Positions 38,206 through 50,730 of a DNA stretch of 64,000 nucleotides are shown here, one piece after another. The DNA lies in contig NC_059427.1 of assembly GCF_021028975.2 (NCBI RefSeq), positions 16,554,001-16,618,000 on the forward strand. Reading direction: 5' to 3'. The position numbers were made by a program, and so were the translations under genes. Within the stretch, counting starts at the first letter, position 1. The number at the start of each line of letters is the position of its first letter. The notes under the pieces are model-generated. The model was not told where the DNA came from and did no database searches. It was given only the letters and a program-made list of their open reading frames with translations. The stretch is from Sphaerodactylus townsendi (taxonomy: Eukaryota).

Positions 38206-39156
38206 CTAAATTGTTGCATTCCTGTTAATTTTTTTTCTTAGAGCTTTGAGCACCTCTTTGTTCCTCAGTGTATAGATTAATGGGTTAAGCATAGTAGTTA
38301 CATATGTATAGAACAAGGATATTATCTTGGCTTGGTCACGGGAGCCATTAGATAGGGAATAATTGAAAATGGCTGTTCCATAGAAGAGTGAAACCACAGT
38401 GAGATGGGAGGCACAGGTATTGAAAGCCTTGCGGCTGCTTTCAACAGTGTGGATTCTCACCACTGCAACTGTAATGTAACCATAAGATACTATGATGAGG
38501 CTCAGTGGAGCTAGAAGGAAGACTACAACAGCAGAAAACAGCACAGCTTCATTCACTGAAGTATCAACACAGGCCAGTTTGAGAAAAGCTGGTATTTCAC
38601 AGAAAAAATGATCCACCTGGTTTTGTCCACACAATGGAAGTTCAAGAGTCAACACTGACTGCACCAATGAGTTACCAAATCCGCTTGCCCAGGAAACAGC
38701 AGCCATTTTGAAACATAGGGATTGTCTCATAATGGCAGTGTAGCGCAGAGGTTGGCAGACAGCAGCATAACGATCATAAGCCATGACTGCTAACAAAATA
38801 CATTCTGTAGAGCCCAACGCAAGAGAGATGTACAGCTGTCCCATACATGCAGCATAGGTGACAGTCTTCTTTGTTCTCCAAAAATTCACCAACATCTGGG
38901 GTCCAAGACTGGTTGTGAAACAGAGGTCAAGGAAGGAGAGGTTGCTGAGGAAAAAATACATTGGGGTGTGGAGGCTGGGGTCTAGGCAAGACAACACAAT
39001 GATGGTCGTGTTGCCTAGGAGGGTCATTGTGTAGCAGATCAATATGACTGCAAAAAGCAACATCTCCAGGCGTGGATGTTCAGCCATTCCCAGCAAGATG
39101 AATTCTGCTTGGTAGCTGTGGTTAAGGTGGTCCCACAAGGCATCACTGTACTCCAT
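38206..39156 (-). CDS. Olfactory receptor, class II family-2-like (316 aa), apparently intact
   Basis: LHTPMYFFLSNLS, MAYDRYAAVCQPLRY, HFFCE, KAFNTCASHL, LNPLIYTLRNKEV; splice acceptor TTTTATAG immediately before ATG. Confidence 0.95.
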   Translation of the reverse strand: MEYSDALWDHLNHSYQAEFILLGMAEHPRLEMLLFAVILICYTMTLLGNTTIIVLSCLDPSLHTPMYFFLSNLSFLDLCFTTSLGPQMLVNFWRTKKTVTYAACMGQLYISLALGSTECILLAVMAYDRYAAVCQPLRYTAIMRQSLCFKMAAVSWASGFGNSLVQSVLTLELPLCGQNQVDHFFCEIPAFLKLACVDTSVNEAVLFSAVVVFLLAPLSLIIVSYGYITVAVVRIHTVESSRKAFNTCASHLTVVSLFYGTAIFNYSLSNGSRDQAKIISLFYTYVTTMLNPLIYTLRNKEVLKALRKKINRNATI

Positions 39157-41021
39157 CTATAAAAGGCAGGAACTATAATGAATACTGGACAAGAAAATAT
39201 AGGCCAGTGTGAACAGTTGATAACAGAAACAGATTGGTCAAATTACTGGGACATGCAGGATATTCTCATAACCAAACTGAAACTTAGCATGTTACCAGAA
39301 TCCAGGTTCATGGTCTAGCTAATAAAGTTCTGAAGTCAAAACTTGACTAGTTCCAGTCTGACTTGAACCATAACTGTTCTACAGAATTAGAAAAAAAATA
39401 TCACTTTTTACATTTTCAAAGGTACCAGGGATTATCCTCCCTTTTAGGAAAACTAAACTAGCTACTTTTTTATGTTGATTATTAATAGTCAAACCCAGAA
39501 ATAATGGCATCATCAGTTCTAGAATGGTTTAATATTGATGTGTGGAGTCCAATTAATTTAGATTAAGAGAGGGGTTTTTTGAAGATAGGATTTTGCAAGA
39601 GCCTGCTTCATTCAGTAAAGCAAGAGTTAACTGCTTACATGCCTGGAATCACATGAGCTTCTGGAAATCTCATCTCCTTTCTTCTTTCAGCAAGAGAGGA
39701 GAGGCAGACACATAGACACAGATAGACTGCACAGACGCACAGACTGAGCACTTGCATTGATAGAGTTTGCTGTTCCTATATTTAGTGTAAATTTATTTTG
39801 TTATTTAGTAAAGTTCTAGAAAACAATTCACTTGCATCTCTGCCCGAGGATTTACTCTGCTAATTCATTGCAATACAACAGGATACACCTACCACCATGA
39901 TTCATGAGTGGAATTTAAAAGAAGACAATTGCTCTAAATGGGTTGGATCCATGCTAATGTTTCAAGGTTGCAAAAACTTCCATCCACAGAAGCAGAAAAA
40001 TTGTGTTCCATGGACTGAAGACTTTAAATCCGTGAAAATATTAATCTATATCCAATTCCTTAAATGTAATTGATACAATGAATTCCTGCCTACTATTATT
40101 AATACCATTATTAATATTTATTCCCTGCAAAAAAAACTGTGTGTGCCTTTTGGCATTCAAATTTTTCCCCCCTATGAATTTAAACAATAAAGAAAAGAGC
40201 CAAAGTTATAATAATTCCATTTGAAGATAAAGAAAACAGAAATTACCCATATGATATTATATACAAGAATCTAATAATTTAATAAACAATAGATAATAAA
40301 ACAGCTATTATTGATGATGATGTAATAATGAACGTGAGATAATACTTATCTTAAGAAGAAAAATAGTTCTTTATAAAAGTAGAGCCAAAGAGCCATGAGA
40401 TGTGTGAAGGGCAATTTAAGAAGTCATTATGCAAAATTTCAGTTTGAGAAAGAAGAGTACAGAGATTCACAATTAGGGTAACTGGAGTAACCCTATTTCC
40501 CCAGCTCAGTAAATCTAATTAGCATCTATAATGACTTTCCCTACAAGGGAAAGCTGGAAGAGTTTTACCTGTTTTCTTAGTTTAGAAAAAAAGAAACATT
40601 CCCAATGTCGTAACTGTATATTACGTTCAAATACACATAACAGAAACCTTAAAAACATCTTTGCAGATACAAACCCAAAATTTAGAAAAAACACGGTTTA
40701 GAAAAAAGAAGCATTCCCAGTGTCCTAACTATATATTATGTGCAAATGCACATAACAGAAACCTTAAAAATATATTTTCACACCCACCCACCCACACACA
40801 CACACAGCGTCAGAAGGGGATTAATCAAAGAAGCTTCTTTGATACAAGTCTCTCCCCCTGCCCTACCCCAAAATGTGGCTCCAAAACCAACATTATGAGA
40901 ACTGGAAAGCTGACAAAGAAATAAAATTAGCTATTCAGTCTCATCTCTGTCATTATCAAGGCACTTTGGTTTGCAAAATATACCCTGAACATTACATCAT
41001 GGCTTTCTTACTCATTTCACG

Positions 41022-41270
41022 TATAGAATCATAGAGTTGGAAAAGACCATAAGGGCCACCGAGTCCAACCAACCCCCTGCCATGCAAGAATACACCATCA
41101 AAGCCATCCAGCCTCTGTTTAAAACCCTCCAAAGAAGGAGACTCCACCATACTCTGAGGTAGTGTACTCCACTATCAAACAGCCTTTACCATCAGGAAGT
41201 TCTTCCTAATGTTTATGTGGAATCTCTTTTTCTGTACCTTGAACCCATTACTCCTTGTTTTAGTCTAGAA
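41022..41270 (-). mobile_element. CR1 3' fragment
   Basis: ATAGAATCATAGAG tail and CR1 3' sequence similar to 29520-29720. Confidence 0.75.
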
Positions 41271-42524
41271 CATCTACAGATTCTAGCCATTTTTCTGCCT
41301 TCTTTGGATGATCCGCTCCCCATCCTCACCTCTAGCTTGTTTGGAAGCTGGTTCTCTTGTTTCCTCCAGATCCTTTTCCATGTGCTAATGAAGAGTAACT
41401 AAATTCCATGCCTTTGTGCCAGGGAGGAACAGGGGTCATGGGTACACTGGTTATCCTCTTGCTTGTAGGAGACCTGAGTCTTCCTTCAGAGAGCAGGGGG
41501 CTTATCTCAGGTTCGCCTCTGGATGGACCCCTGTAGTCTTCTGCATACTTGGTGAGAGAAATAGTGAGGAGATTTGGATAAAATTGTGATTGGCAGCAAG
41601 AAATGATTTCTGGAAGGAGGAAAACACACAAAAAACAAGAGCCAAATGAAGACAAGCAGACAGATAAGAAAAAGATTATGAGAGAAGGAAAGATAGAGGG
41701 AGAAGGAAGAGGAGTAGAGAAAGTGGGAAAGGAAGGCTGACTAATGAACACCGTGGGATATGAAAATGTTAGAGAAACAGGAGTGAATCTAGTGTGCAGC
41801 TCAACCTTAGACATGTTTACTTGGCAACAAATTTAATTTTATCCAAGCATACGACTGTACCCTTAGATTCAGAAAAAGTTGAAGTGAGCTGAGTCAGCTA
41901 GGCTTAACACAAATATATCATAAAGAGAAAGACAAAAATAGATACCAAAAAATCATAAATGAGAACCAGAGTTGGGGTTAGGGAGAAGAAGAGCATGAGA
42001 GATGCAGTACAGCAGAATATGAGTAAGAACTGCTACACAATGAGTAACTTCAAAATTTATGAATAAGGAGGTCATCGCTTTTTCTGCCTCTACCTTCTGA
42101 TTTCAGCCTTGCATCTTAGCTATTATTGCCCTGGATAGTCTCACAGGCTATGTTTACACATGTGTAGCAAGATCTCCAGGAAAGCTGACCACATCCCTCC
42201 AGAGGACTTTGCGGCTGGCGAATAGGTCCTTTCATGAGTGCGATAGAAAGGACTTGTTCATTGTCATGTCTCCAACAGTGCCAGGAAGTTGAAAACAAGT
42301 TCCCCAGAGACCAGTTGTGGAACCCAGAATAATAAGAAAATAAGGATAGTCTAAATAACATAGTAGGATGACTGTGATCAGATACCATGTGCATTTTGAG
42401 GGGTCTTGACACTGTGGTCAGACACTTCAGCTGGGATGATGGCACTGTGGGGGTGAGGGAAGGCATATCCCCTGCTGATATTTTTCCTGGCTTGGATTCC
42501 TTTGCCAAACCTATACAGGTTAAT

Positions 42525-42700
42525 GTATTGTTGAAGGCTTTCACGGCCAGATTCAACTGGTTGTTGTTGGTTTTCCAGGCTGTGTGGCCGTGGTCTGGTA
42601 GATCTTGTTCCTAATGTTTCACCTGCATCTGTGGCTGGCATCTTCAGAGGTGTTTCACAGAGGGAAGTCTGTAACACACAGTGTTATGTAACACACAGTG
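42525..42700 (-). mobile_element. Penelope-like 3' end with decayed hammerhead
   Basis: Minus strand CCTCTGAAGATGCCAGCCACAGATGCAGGTGAAACATTAGG. Confidence 0.7.
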
Positions 42701-42900
42701 TTCTGAAGGCTTAGCTTTCCATAAAGAAACCCATTTATCCCAGAAACACTGTGTAGCATAAAACTCGGGCAGATCTGCAGTAAGTGTAACCCGTTGAACC
42801 AAACATACCTTACCAGTTTTTATATATAAGGGGCCTGATTAGGCTTCTATCTGAGACTGGAACAAAAACCAAACCCTTGGGGGTCAAGAGTCTGTCCAGC

Positions 42901-43916
42901 CAGAGGCGTATCTAAGCAAACTGGAACCCTGGGCAAAACCTGAGTCTGATGCCCCCCCATGGGCAGCCACCCTCCCCCACCATGACCAAACAATGATTTT
43001 TCCACCAGGTCGTTTCAATGTCACCATCACATTATAGAACATCCCCCAACTCACAAATCTGAACATAGCAATGGGCCATGCCATACAGCAGAAATAATCT
43101 GGGCTCCCTAGTTTAAACAAGTGATGCTGGAATCCACCCCCAAACAGCATCATTTTCAATTGTGTTTAAACTAGGGAGTCCAGATTCTCCTTTTCAATCC
43201 ACCTTAAAGGAAGAATCTGGGGTCCCCAGTTTAAACAGCATTGAAAGTGATGCTATTTTGGGGGTGGATTCTCCTCCACCCTGAAACAGCATCCCTTTCA
43301 ATGTTAAAACTGGGGACCTCAGATTCTCCCTTTAAATACATGCCAAAGGGGGTGGATTTAATAATAATAATAATAACCTTTATTAGGCATTGAGAGAATA
43401 AAAGAAAGAAAGAAAACAAGCATTGGCAGGAAGGGAGTGGATTTAAAAAGAGAATCTGGGGAAATTTAGTGGGTGCCTGCTGTCAGGGGTGCAATTATTA
43501 AGACAGCAGCACCAAAATTTCAGAATATCTTCGTGAGACCCTACTGATGATACCACCCAGGTTTGGTGAAGTTTGGTTTAGGGGGTCCAAAGTTATGGAC
43601 CCTCAAAGTGTAGCCCCATCTCCTATTAGCTCCCATTGGAAGCAATGGGGGATGGGGCACCCCCTTTGGGAGTCCATAACTTTTGACTCCCTAAACCAAA
43701 CCTCACCAAACCTGGGTCATATCATCAGGAGAGTCTCCCAAAAAACTCCTGAAATTTTGGTGCTGCTAGCCTAAAACCTGCGCTCCCTGCAGGCCAAAAA
43801 CTGAAAATACACTGAAAATACAAAATCCCCCACAAACGAACCTGCAATTTTGTCGCCCACCACAAGGTGGCGCCCTGGGCAGCTGCCCACTTTGCCCAAT
43901 GGGAGGAACACCTCTG
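42901..43916. mobile_element. Non-autonomous hAT element (1 kb)
   Basis: CAGAGGCGT...ACACCTCTG; 8-bp TSD TGTCCAGC/TGTCCAGT. Confidence 0.8.
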
Positions 43917-45177
43917 TGTCCAGTCAAAACAGATGATAGCTAGCAACATGCGGCTTGGTGAACCCAGAAATTGTGGTGTTTGCCAAGAATATACAATATT
44001 CTCCAACAGCATCAAGTTCTGAGATAAATTAACACAAGCAATCAGGAGAATGTTGAGAGATTACTTAAAAGAACTGTAACAAAAGTTCTAATCTAACGTC
44101 TAACAGAGATTAGAAAAGGTCCAAATATACTGAAGTGTAGAAGTCCAACATAGCTACAACACACAAGGACTGAAGCTGTAGAAGAAGACTCAAATGCAGG
44201 GGGACACAAAGTTTGGTAAGGCAAAAGTTAATGTACAATATGGTAAGTACAGAAAGAAATGTCAGCTGACACAAAGAGAATTGCAAGAAGGTAGAACAAT
44301 TTGATACATCTATCCCATGCCTCAATATCGTTCTGTGTTAGCTGAAAACCCACCTTCATTGGTGGTAGTTTTGGTTGTTTTCTGTCGGGATAGCTATTAC
44401 CTGGCATCTTCTTATGGCCTTCAGAGTGGACTTTTCTCCTAAACACTGAGAAGAAGTGGAAGAGAATTTTGACAGGGTTTTTTTCCTACTGAGTGGGACA
44501 TAATTGGATAGCAGGTAGTCATACCAGCTGGAATATTTAGGAGCAAATGATTGTAGTGATATACCATGCATATGCATATAGATGCCCTTAGTGATACAAG
44601 ATGTTAGGAAAAAGCAGAGAGAAGTGATATGTGGTGGGAAATCTAAATTTAGAAGTTGAATTTTGGTGGAAGTGTCCTCAAAGGGGAGAATTTGGAAGAG
44701 CCAACCTGGGAGAGTTGACCAGTGACCTGGATGTGAAATCACAGATTGCAGTATCACACCTCTACTGAGCTCCACCCCCAGTCTCTGCCCCCTCCCCCTC
44801 CCGGCATTGCCCCCAGATTCCATGATTTTTTGAAGCTGGAGTTGAGAATCCTACCATACTTAGGTATAATGCTTGATAGGGGAACACACAGGGGTGCAAG
44901 TTGTCTGGTGCTAATGGCAGGCTACAAACCCACTCCCCTCATTGCCAGCTGCTGCTCCAATGTATTGTGGGAGGGAATTCCCCACTGAAATGGGAGAGGC
45001 TGATTGGCGCCTCCAGAGTAATAAAATTGCTTCTGGTACAACACAGAAGAGACAACATCACATTAGGCAATTGTCTAGCCTTCACCTAAAACTGTATGGT
45101 TGCAGTCACCTGCAAGAAATGTGCCATGTTTGTTTTCCTCCCTGAAGACAAGATGGACTTCACTTATCCAAACCGTA

Positions 45178-45179
45178 AA

Positions 45180-45230
<51 letters not shown>

Positions 45231-45605
45231 CGAACGAACTTATAGACCGCCCTCCCCGGAGGGCCCAGGGCGGTGAACAACCATATAATAAACCAACATC
45301 CATATAATAAAACCAACAACCATCAGATAAAAAACAGCATAAAATAAAACAGGAACCATTTAAAAGCAGATGGCATCATCCCACCCCCTCCCCACCCTTG
45401 CACCCATGAGAGGCCAGATGTAACAACAGCGATGATCCTAACCAGGCTGGCCAAATGCCTGGTGGAACAGGTCAGTCATAATGCCCTGCAGAAACTCTGC
45501 AAGTCCCGCAGGGCCCTGATCTCCCTCGGGAGCCTGTTCCACCAGGTGAGGGCCAGGGCTGTGAACGCCCTGGCCCTTGTAGAGGCCAGCCTGATTGCTT
45601 TAGGG
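45178..45605 (-). mobile_element. L2-type LINE 3' end with (ATTG)n tail
   Basis: (ATTG)n at ~45178-45228 followed by TTATAGACCGCCCTCCCCGGAGGGC...GGCGGTGAACA. Confidence 0.65.
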
Positions 45606-46335
45606 CTCTTAGAATACAAGGTTTCAACCTTGGAGGAAAGGATCACCAGCCGTCATGAGATCAAAGAAGGGCTGGATTTCATTAACAGAAGCCATGAGGC
45701 TCTGCAAAGGGGCAGGGGGATTGGTCAAAGAGACAACGTAGTGATTGACTTCCCTAATGAGCCTCTGGGAACTACAACATGGACCTAGGGACCATGAGCT
45801 AGTTTATCTGGAAGTCGGCTTACTAACACACACTGGTCTTCACCTGTCAAGGTCAGGGAAGAATGTGTTTGGCAGAAACCTGGAGAGATTCGAGGGCATT
45901 AAATTGAAACCCTGAAGGGATGGAGGTGACTTAACATGGGGATTTCAATGAAGGACAGCAAACAGCAGAGTCCCAGCTGGAGGGTGGGGTCAAATGGAGC
46001 TGAACATGCAGCGCTTTAGGTGTCTATGTGCCAATGCTCAAAACTAAAGAAATAAGGAGAAGGTTAAGCTTCTAAGGTGTTTAGAGGGATATGATTTAGT
46101 AGGCATTGCAGAGACTTCATCGGACAATTCCCATGAGTGGAATTTGGCTGTGGATGGTTATGAGTTGCTCAAGAAAAAAATGAAAGGGTTGAATAAGTGG
46201 CAGAATGGTGCTGTCTGTGAGGAGAGGATTTACTTGTAAGGAAATACTGGAGAAGCTGGGTAACAGCACACTTGAAAGTATCTGGGTGAGCATAAGGAAG
46301 AGAAGGACAAATAGTATTGTGGTTAGAGACTGCTA
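45606..46335 (+). mobile_element. CR1 ORF1/ORF2 5' relic (APE endonuclease start)
   Basis: FRCLCANAQ...GYDLVGIAETSSDNSHEWNLAVDGYE. Confidence 0.7.
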
Positions 46336-47811
46336 CAGTGGAAAAGCCACTTCAGTTAGCAGAGACTTCCCAAGGCTGGAGGAACTTTCTGCAACCTGAG
46401 GGCTGTCCTACATGAAAACTTATTTTGCCTCTGCAAAAACGCTTTACAAACAAAGAATTCGCTGTGCTGAAAATATGTAAGAGGTAACAATATTTTGGGT
46501 TGCTGCTGCTTGGAAAACTGTTGCAGCCCTCCTTATTTTTCCTTGAAAGGGTTAAGTCCCTTCTCACTCCTTTGATGATAATTATTCCTGCAAATCACCC
46601 TCTTCTGACTTTGTAAAGAAAGGGGGGCCTTGGGAGCTTGTTACAGGTCCCACAGTGCAGTGTGTAGTTGGCCCCTACTGACACTGTCTCAGTTCTGGTT
46701 CCTTGGGGCTCCATGCCAGTTTTCTAGACAATTTCCTTGCAGCATTCAAAAACACCTGGAAAGGAACAGCCCCCTCTTCATCCAAGACTTATTGTCATGA
46801 AAACTGCTATTCTTGTCCCTCTGCCCTCCACTAAGCTCTCTATGGAGTTATGCGGCAAGGTTGAAATGTTCAGCAGTCTGGGGGGTATCATTGCAGGATG
46901 CAGTTTCCCTACTTCTTCAATGTGATAAGCTCCGGAAGTTTGACTCTTTCTGTCTTCTCTGTTTCCTACCGCCTATCCTGTTCCCACTTGCTATCCCTTT
47001 TGATTAGAGCTCTCTATGTATTATAGTCCTTTCCTTGTAGAATACCAACATGAAAAGCCTAGACTTTTACTTCATGTTGTTTTTTTGAAACTGAAGCTAT
47101 TCTCCTGTGCATGCTCATGCTCAGCTAGGGCTCTGCTGCAAATCAGATTCACTCCTATTCTCTGTAGCATAATCATTGTCTTCACAATTGTGTTCTCTAG
47201 TCAGCCTTCCTTTCCCCCATATTCTGATCATCCTTCTGTCTTTCTCATTCTCTTTCTTCCAGTCTATTTCTTTCCCCATCTCGTGACTGGAACCTTACTC
47301 TTTATCTTCCACCTTCTAGAAAATATCTCTGCTTCCCTATGTTCTTCTACTCGCAGTTCCACTTAAAATTTCACTTGCCAGATCTTCCCTTATCACAAGC
47401 AGCAGAATAAAAAGTGCATCCCTGGACCTCTCTGTGACTCCTCCGGGCATGGATGTATCAGAGATGCCTTTCAACAGCACATAAGAGGAGATCTGGAGGA
47501 AGAAAAACTGCCGGCTTCAATGAAAACCAGAAGAAGAATTGATTTTTATACTCCACTTTCCTCTACTTTTCAGGAATCTCCAAACAGCTTGGAGTCACCT
47601 TCGCTTCCCCACAACAGACACCTTGTGAGGTAGGTGGGGTTGAGAGAATTCTGAGAGAACTAGCCCAAAATCACCCATCAGCCTACATGTGAAGGAGTGG
47701 GGAAACAAAACCAGTTCTCAAGAGTAGAGTCCCCCATTCTTAACCACTACATCACTTTTGAGTTTGGGATGGGAGCAACCAGAGAAAAAGAAGGGGCTCT
47801 AAACTCTAGAA

Positions 47812-47997
47812 CAGTGGTTCTCAACCTGGGGGTCAGGATCCCTTTGGGGGTCGAACGACCCTTTCACAGGGGTCGCCTAAGACTCTCTGCATCAGTGTTC
47901 TCCATCTGTAAAATGGATAAATGTTAGGGGTGGGGGTCACCACAACATGGGGAACTGTATTAAAGGGTCGTGGCATTAGGAAGGTTGAGAACCACTG
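47812..47997. mobile_element. SPIN-type non-autonomous hAT MITE
   Basis: CAGTGGTTCTCAACCT...GGGGGTCGAACGACCCTTTCACAGGGGTCGCCTAAGAC...AGGAAGGTTGAGAACCACTG; TSD CTCTAGAA; absent from the paralogous site ~58207. Confidence 0.85.
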
Positions 47998-48960
47998 CTC
48001 TAGAATAAGTGAAAGGATGGAGACAGCAGCAATCTAGCACCTGAAAGGCATTTTTCAGACTGTGTGAAGTAGCATTTGTATGACTACAAAAGTGTTTTTG
48101 CTTGTTTTCTTTCTGAATTTTGCAGTTTAAACTGGAGTCCAAGATCACTTAATAAATGAGCAAAAATTTGTTCCAGTGTAAAGTTTAGTGAATCTTGAGC
48201 TCATTTCTCTAGATGTTTGGAATCTCTCACAATTTTTAAATATTTGTTAAGAATCTTGCAAAAGAGAGCCAGAATGGGGGGGGGGAGGGTTATTAATCCC
48301 CTTCCCACTGCTTTCACATTCCCGCCTTCTCTGGTCCTCCACTGCTGGGTAGGCTGGGGATTCAGACTACAGGTCCACTGGCAACTTAGGGTCACCTGAC
48401 CAGCCCTTGCCAGCTCTGATTAGTTCTCTTGTCCTTCATTTTATCCACATGACAACAGCTTTATCTGACATGTGACCAGTGATTGGCCCAAGGTCACCCA
48501 GAAAGCTTACCTGTCACAGTAGGTGTAACGTTTACAATCACTTAGGCTTATACAGTCAATGGAATGTTCAGAGATCAAATGGTTAATTTAGACCTCCATA
48601 GAATTTGTGCAATAATATAATATATTGTGCAATAATATAATATAATATATTGTGCAATAATATATAATATAACACACATATATAAAAGAAGCCATCAAAA
48701 TTTATATATATTTACATATATAAATATATACATACATAAATAAATATATATTTACATATATATATATACACACACATATACATATGTGTGTGTGTGTGAA
48801 AACTGAAACAGAAATATGTAATTTTAAACATTCTCTCCAAGTTATTAAAATTTTTGTTCTGACAATAGAAAATTGCTCAGTCAACTGTTCTGTCAGAAAT
48901 TTTGAAGGAAAAAAATTCCCTCAGGGCAAAGGCAGTTGACAGGCGCTTGTGTTTGTGAGA

Positions 48961-49003
<43 letters not shown>

Positions 49004-49773
49004 GCCTAATTATGGTAGACATTTGAATCTGGGTCTACTAAATCCTAGGTTTACCCTGACTACATTGCTCTGGCACTCATCAGCATACATCAAGATTTTT
49101 TTTCACTAGACTGTATCATTTTGCCTCTTTGTGGATTTGGTGGGCAGTTAAAAAGAGATCCTTTGGGAGCATTTCAGAGTTTGTAAAATCCAAGCAATCC
49201 CGTTTAGGTTACTGTAACCATCAACAAAGTTATTTCATTGGTGGCCCCTTTGGTATGAAGCAAGAAGGATTAATCCCACTGCAAAATTTGCTGCTTTCCC
49301 TTCCATTGTGAAAACAGTCTGCTTATTCCTACCCTCCATTAGGGATGTGAAGTCAAACATTAACTGATCAAAAAGCAACCAAATATAAAGCATCCTTAAA
49401 TATCAGTATCATGTAACTTCCTTTGTGTTCTTTACCTGAAAAAACCCCTGTCCATTATATCAAATATAGTCCAGAAAAAGAAGAGATATACCACAACTGC
49501 TGGGAGCAATTTTAATATATTAGAAGGATTATGCCTTTTAAGGAAGTGCTGGGGGTGTTCCAAAACAACTAATATGTCATTTTCTTCTGATCTCATGCTG
49601 TATTTCTCATTTGCAGATTGGAGTGACTCAGCAGGTATAGAACTGACAGGGAGGTTTACCTGTCAGCAGAGTTGTAGGTCTTGGAAGGTAAGAGAATTGC
49701 TTCAGTATGCTGACTTTCCAAAAGTTGGTGGCTAAGTCACTGGCTTGGGGAGGAGGACTTTTGTTCCAACACA

Positions 49774-50730
49774 CCGTGATATACTTTCATTCCAACTATA
49801 TGAAATTGACCCGCATATACTCAGTCGAAAGGCACCTAATTCTAACCACAAAAACTAGGGAGAAAAGGCTTATTGACTCAAGCATATAGAAAGCTCGAGG
49901 GTGGGAAATGCAGCAGCTGCTGGTAAATTTCAAAAATAAAAATAGATGCCAATAAAATTACATCAATTGAGGCATCAGTAGGTTAAATGTTTTTGTATAT
50001 ATATTTCAAAGAAAAACAGTAAACTGGCTCTGTAAGTGGAAAAGAGGGTCAACAAGAACAATATGGTATCAACACTAACTTTAAAAGTACAAAAACCTTA
50101 GCTCAACCAGCAACCAAGCTAAAACACAAGAGTTAAAATCCTTCAAAACTGGATTCCTCATCATCATCTGTATGTCCAAATGTAACCCAACTTAGATTTT
50201 AAGGAGGGATATTATCAGAAATGGAAAATCTACCTCATTAAGCTTCCCATTTGTAAACAATGGGGGATGGGGGCATCCCCTTTGGGGGTCCAATAACTTT
50301 GGATAATCCCTGGACCCAAACTTCACCAAACCACAGCTGGCTGGTATCATGAGAGACTCTCCTGATGAGACCAGCCAGGTTTCTAATGTGAAGTTAAATC
50401 TAGAGGGTCCAAAGTTATGGACCCTCAAAAGGGTAGCCCCATCTACTAATAGCTCCCATTGAAAACAATGGGGAATGGGGGCAACTCCTTTGGGGGTCCA
50501 TAACTTTGGACCCCCTGAACCAAAGTTTAACAAACTTGGCTGGTATCATCAGGAGAGTCTTCTGAGGGTACCCTGAAATTTTGGTGCCGCTAGCATAAAA
50601 ACTGCGCCCCCTGCTGGTCGGCAAAGTAAAAACACACACAAAAATTTAATGACCTGCATATAAGTCGAGGGGAGCTTTTTCAGCATTTAAAATGTGCTGA
50701 AAAATTCGACTTATACATGAGTATATACGG
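49774..50730. mobile_element. TcMar-type non-autonomous element
   Basis: CCGT(G)ATATACT...GAGTATATACGG-TA ends; absent from the unit B paralog. Confidence 0.7.

Noticed and set aside
39290-39880. LTR-like segment (TGTTACC start)
   Set aside because: No matching terminus or TSD found
48605-48800. Regularly spaced AT-rich repeats (also 55710-55785, 28140-28275)
   Set aside because: Simple micro/minisatellites with no unique spacers; not CRISPR-like
49617-49687. Candidate OR 5' UTR exon (AG...GTAAGA)
   Set aside because: The donor is not conserved in either paralogous copy
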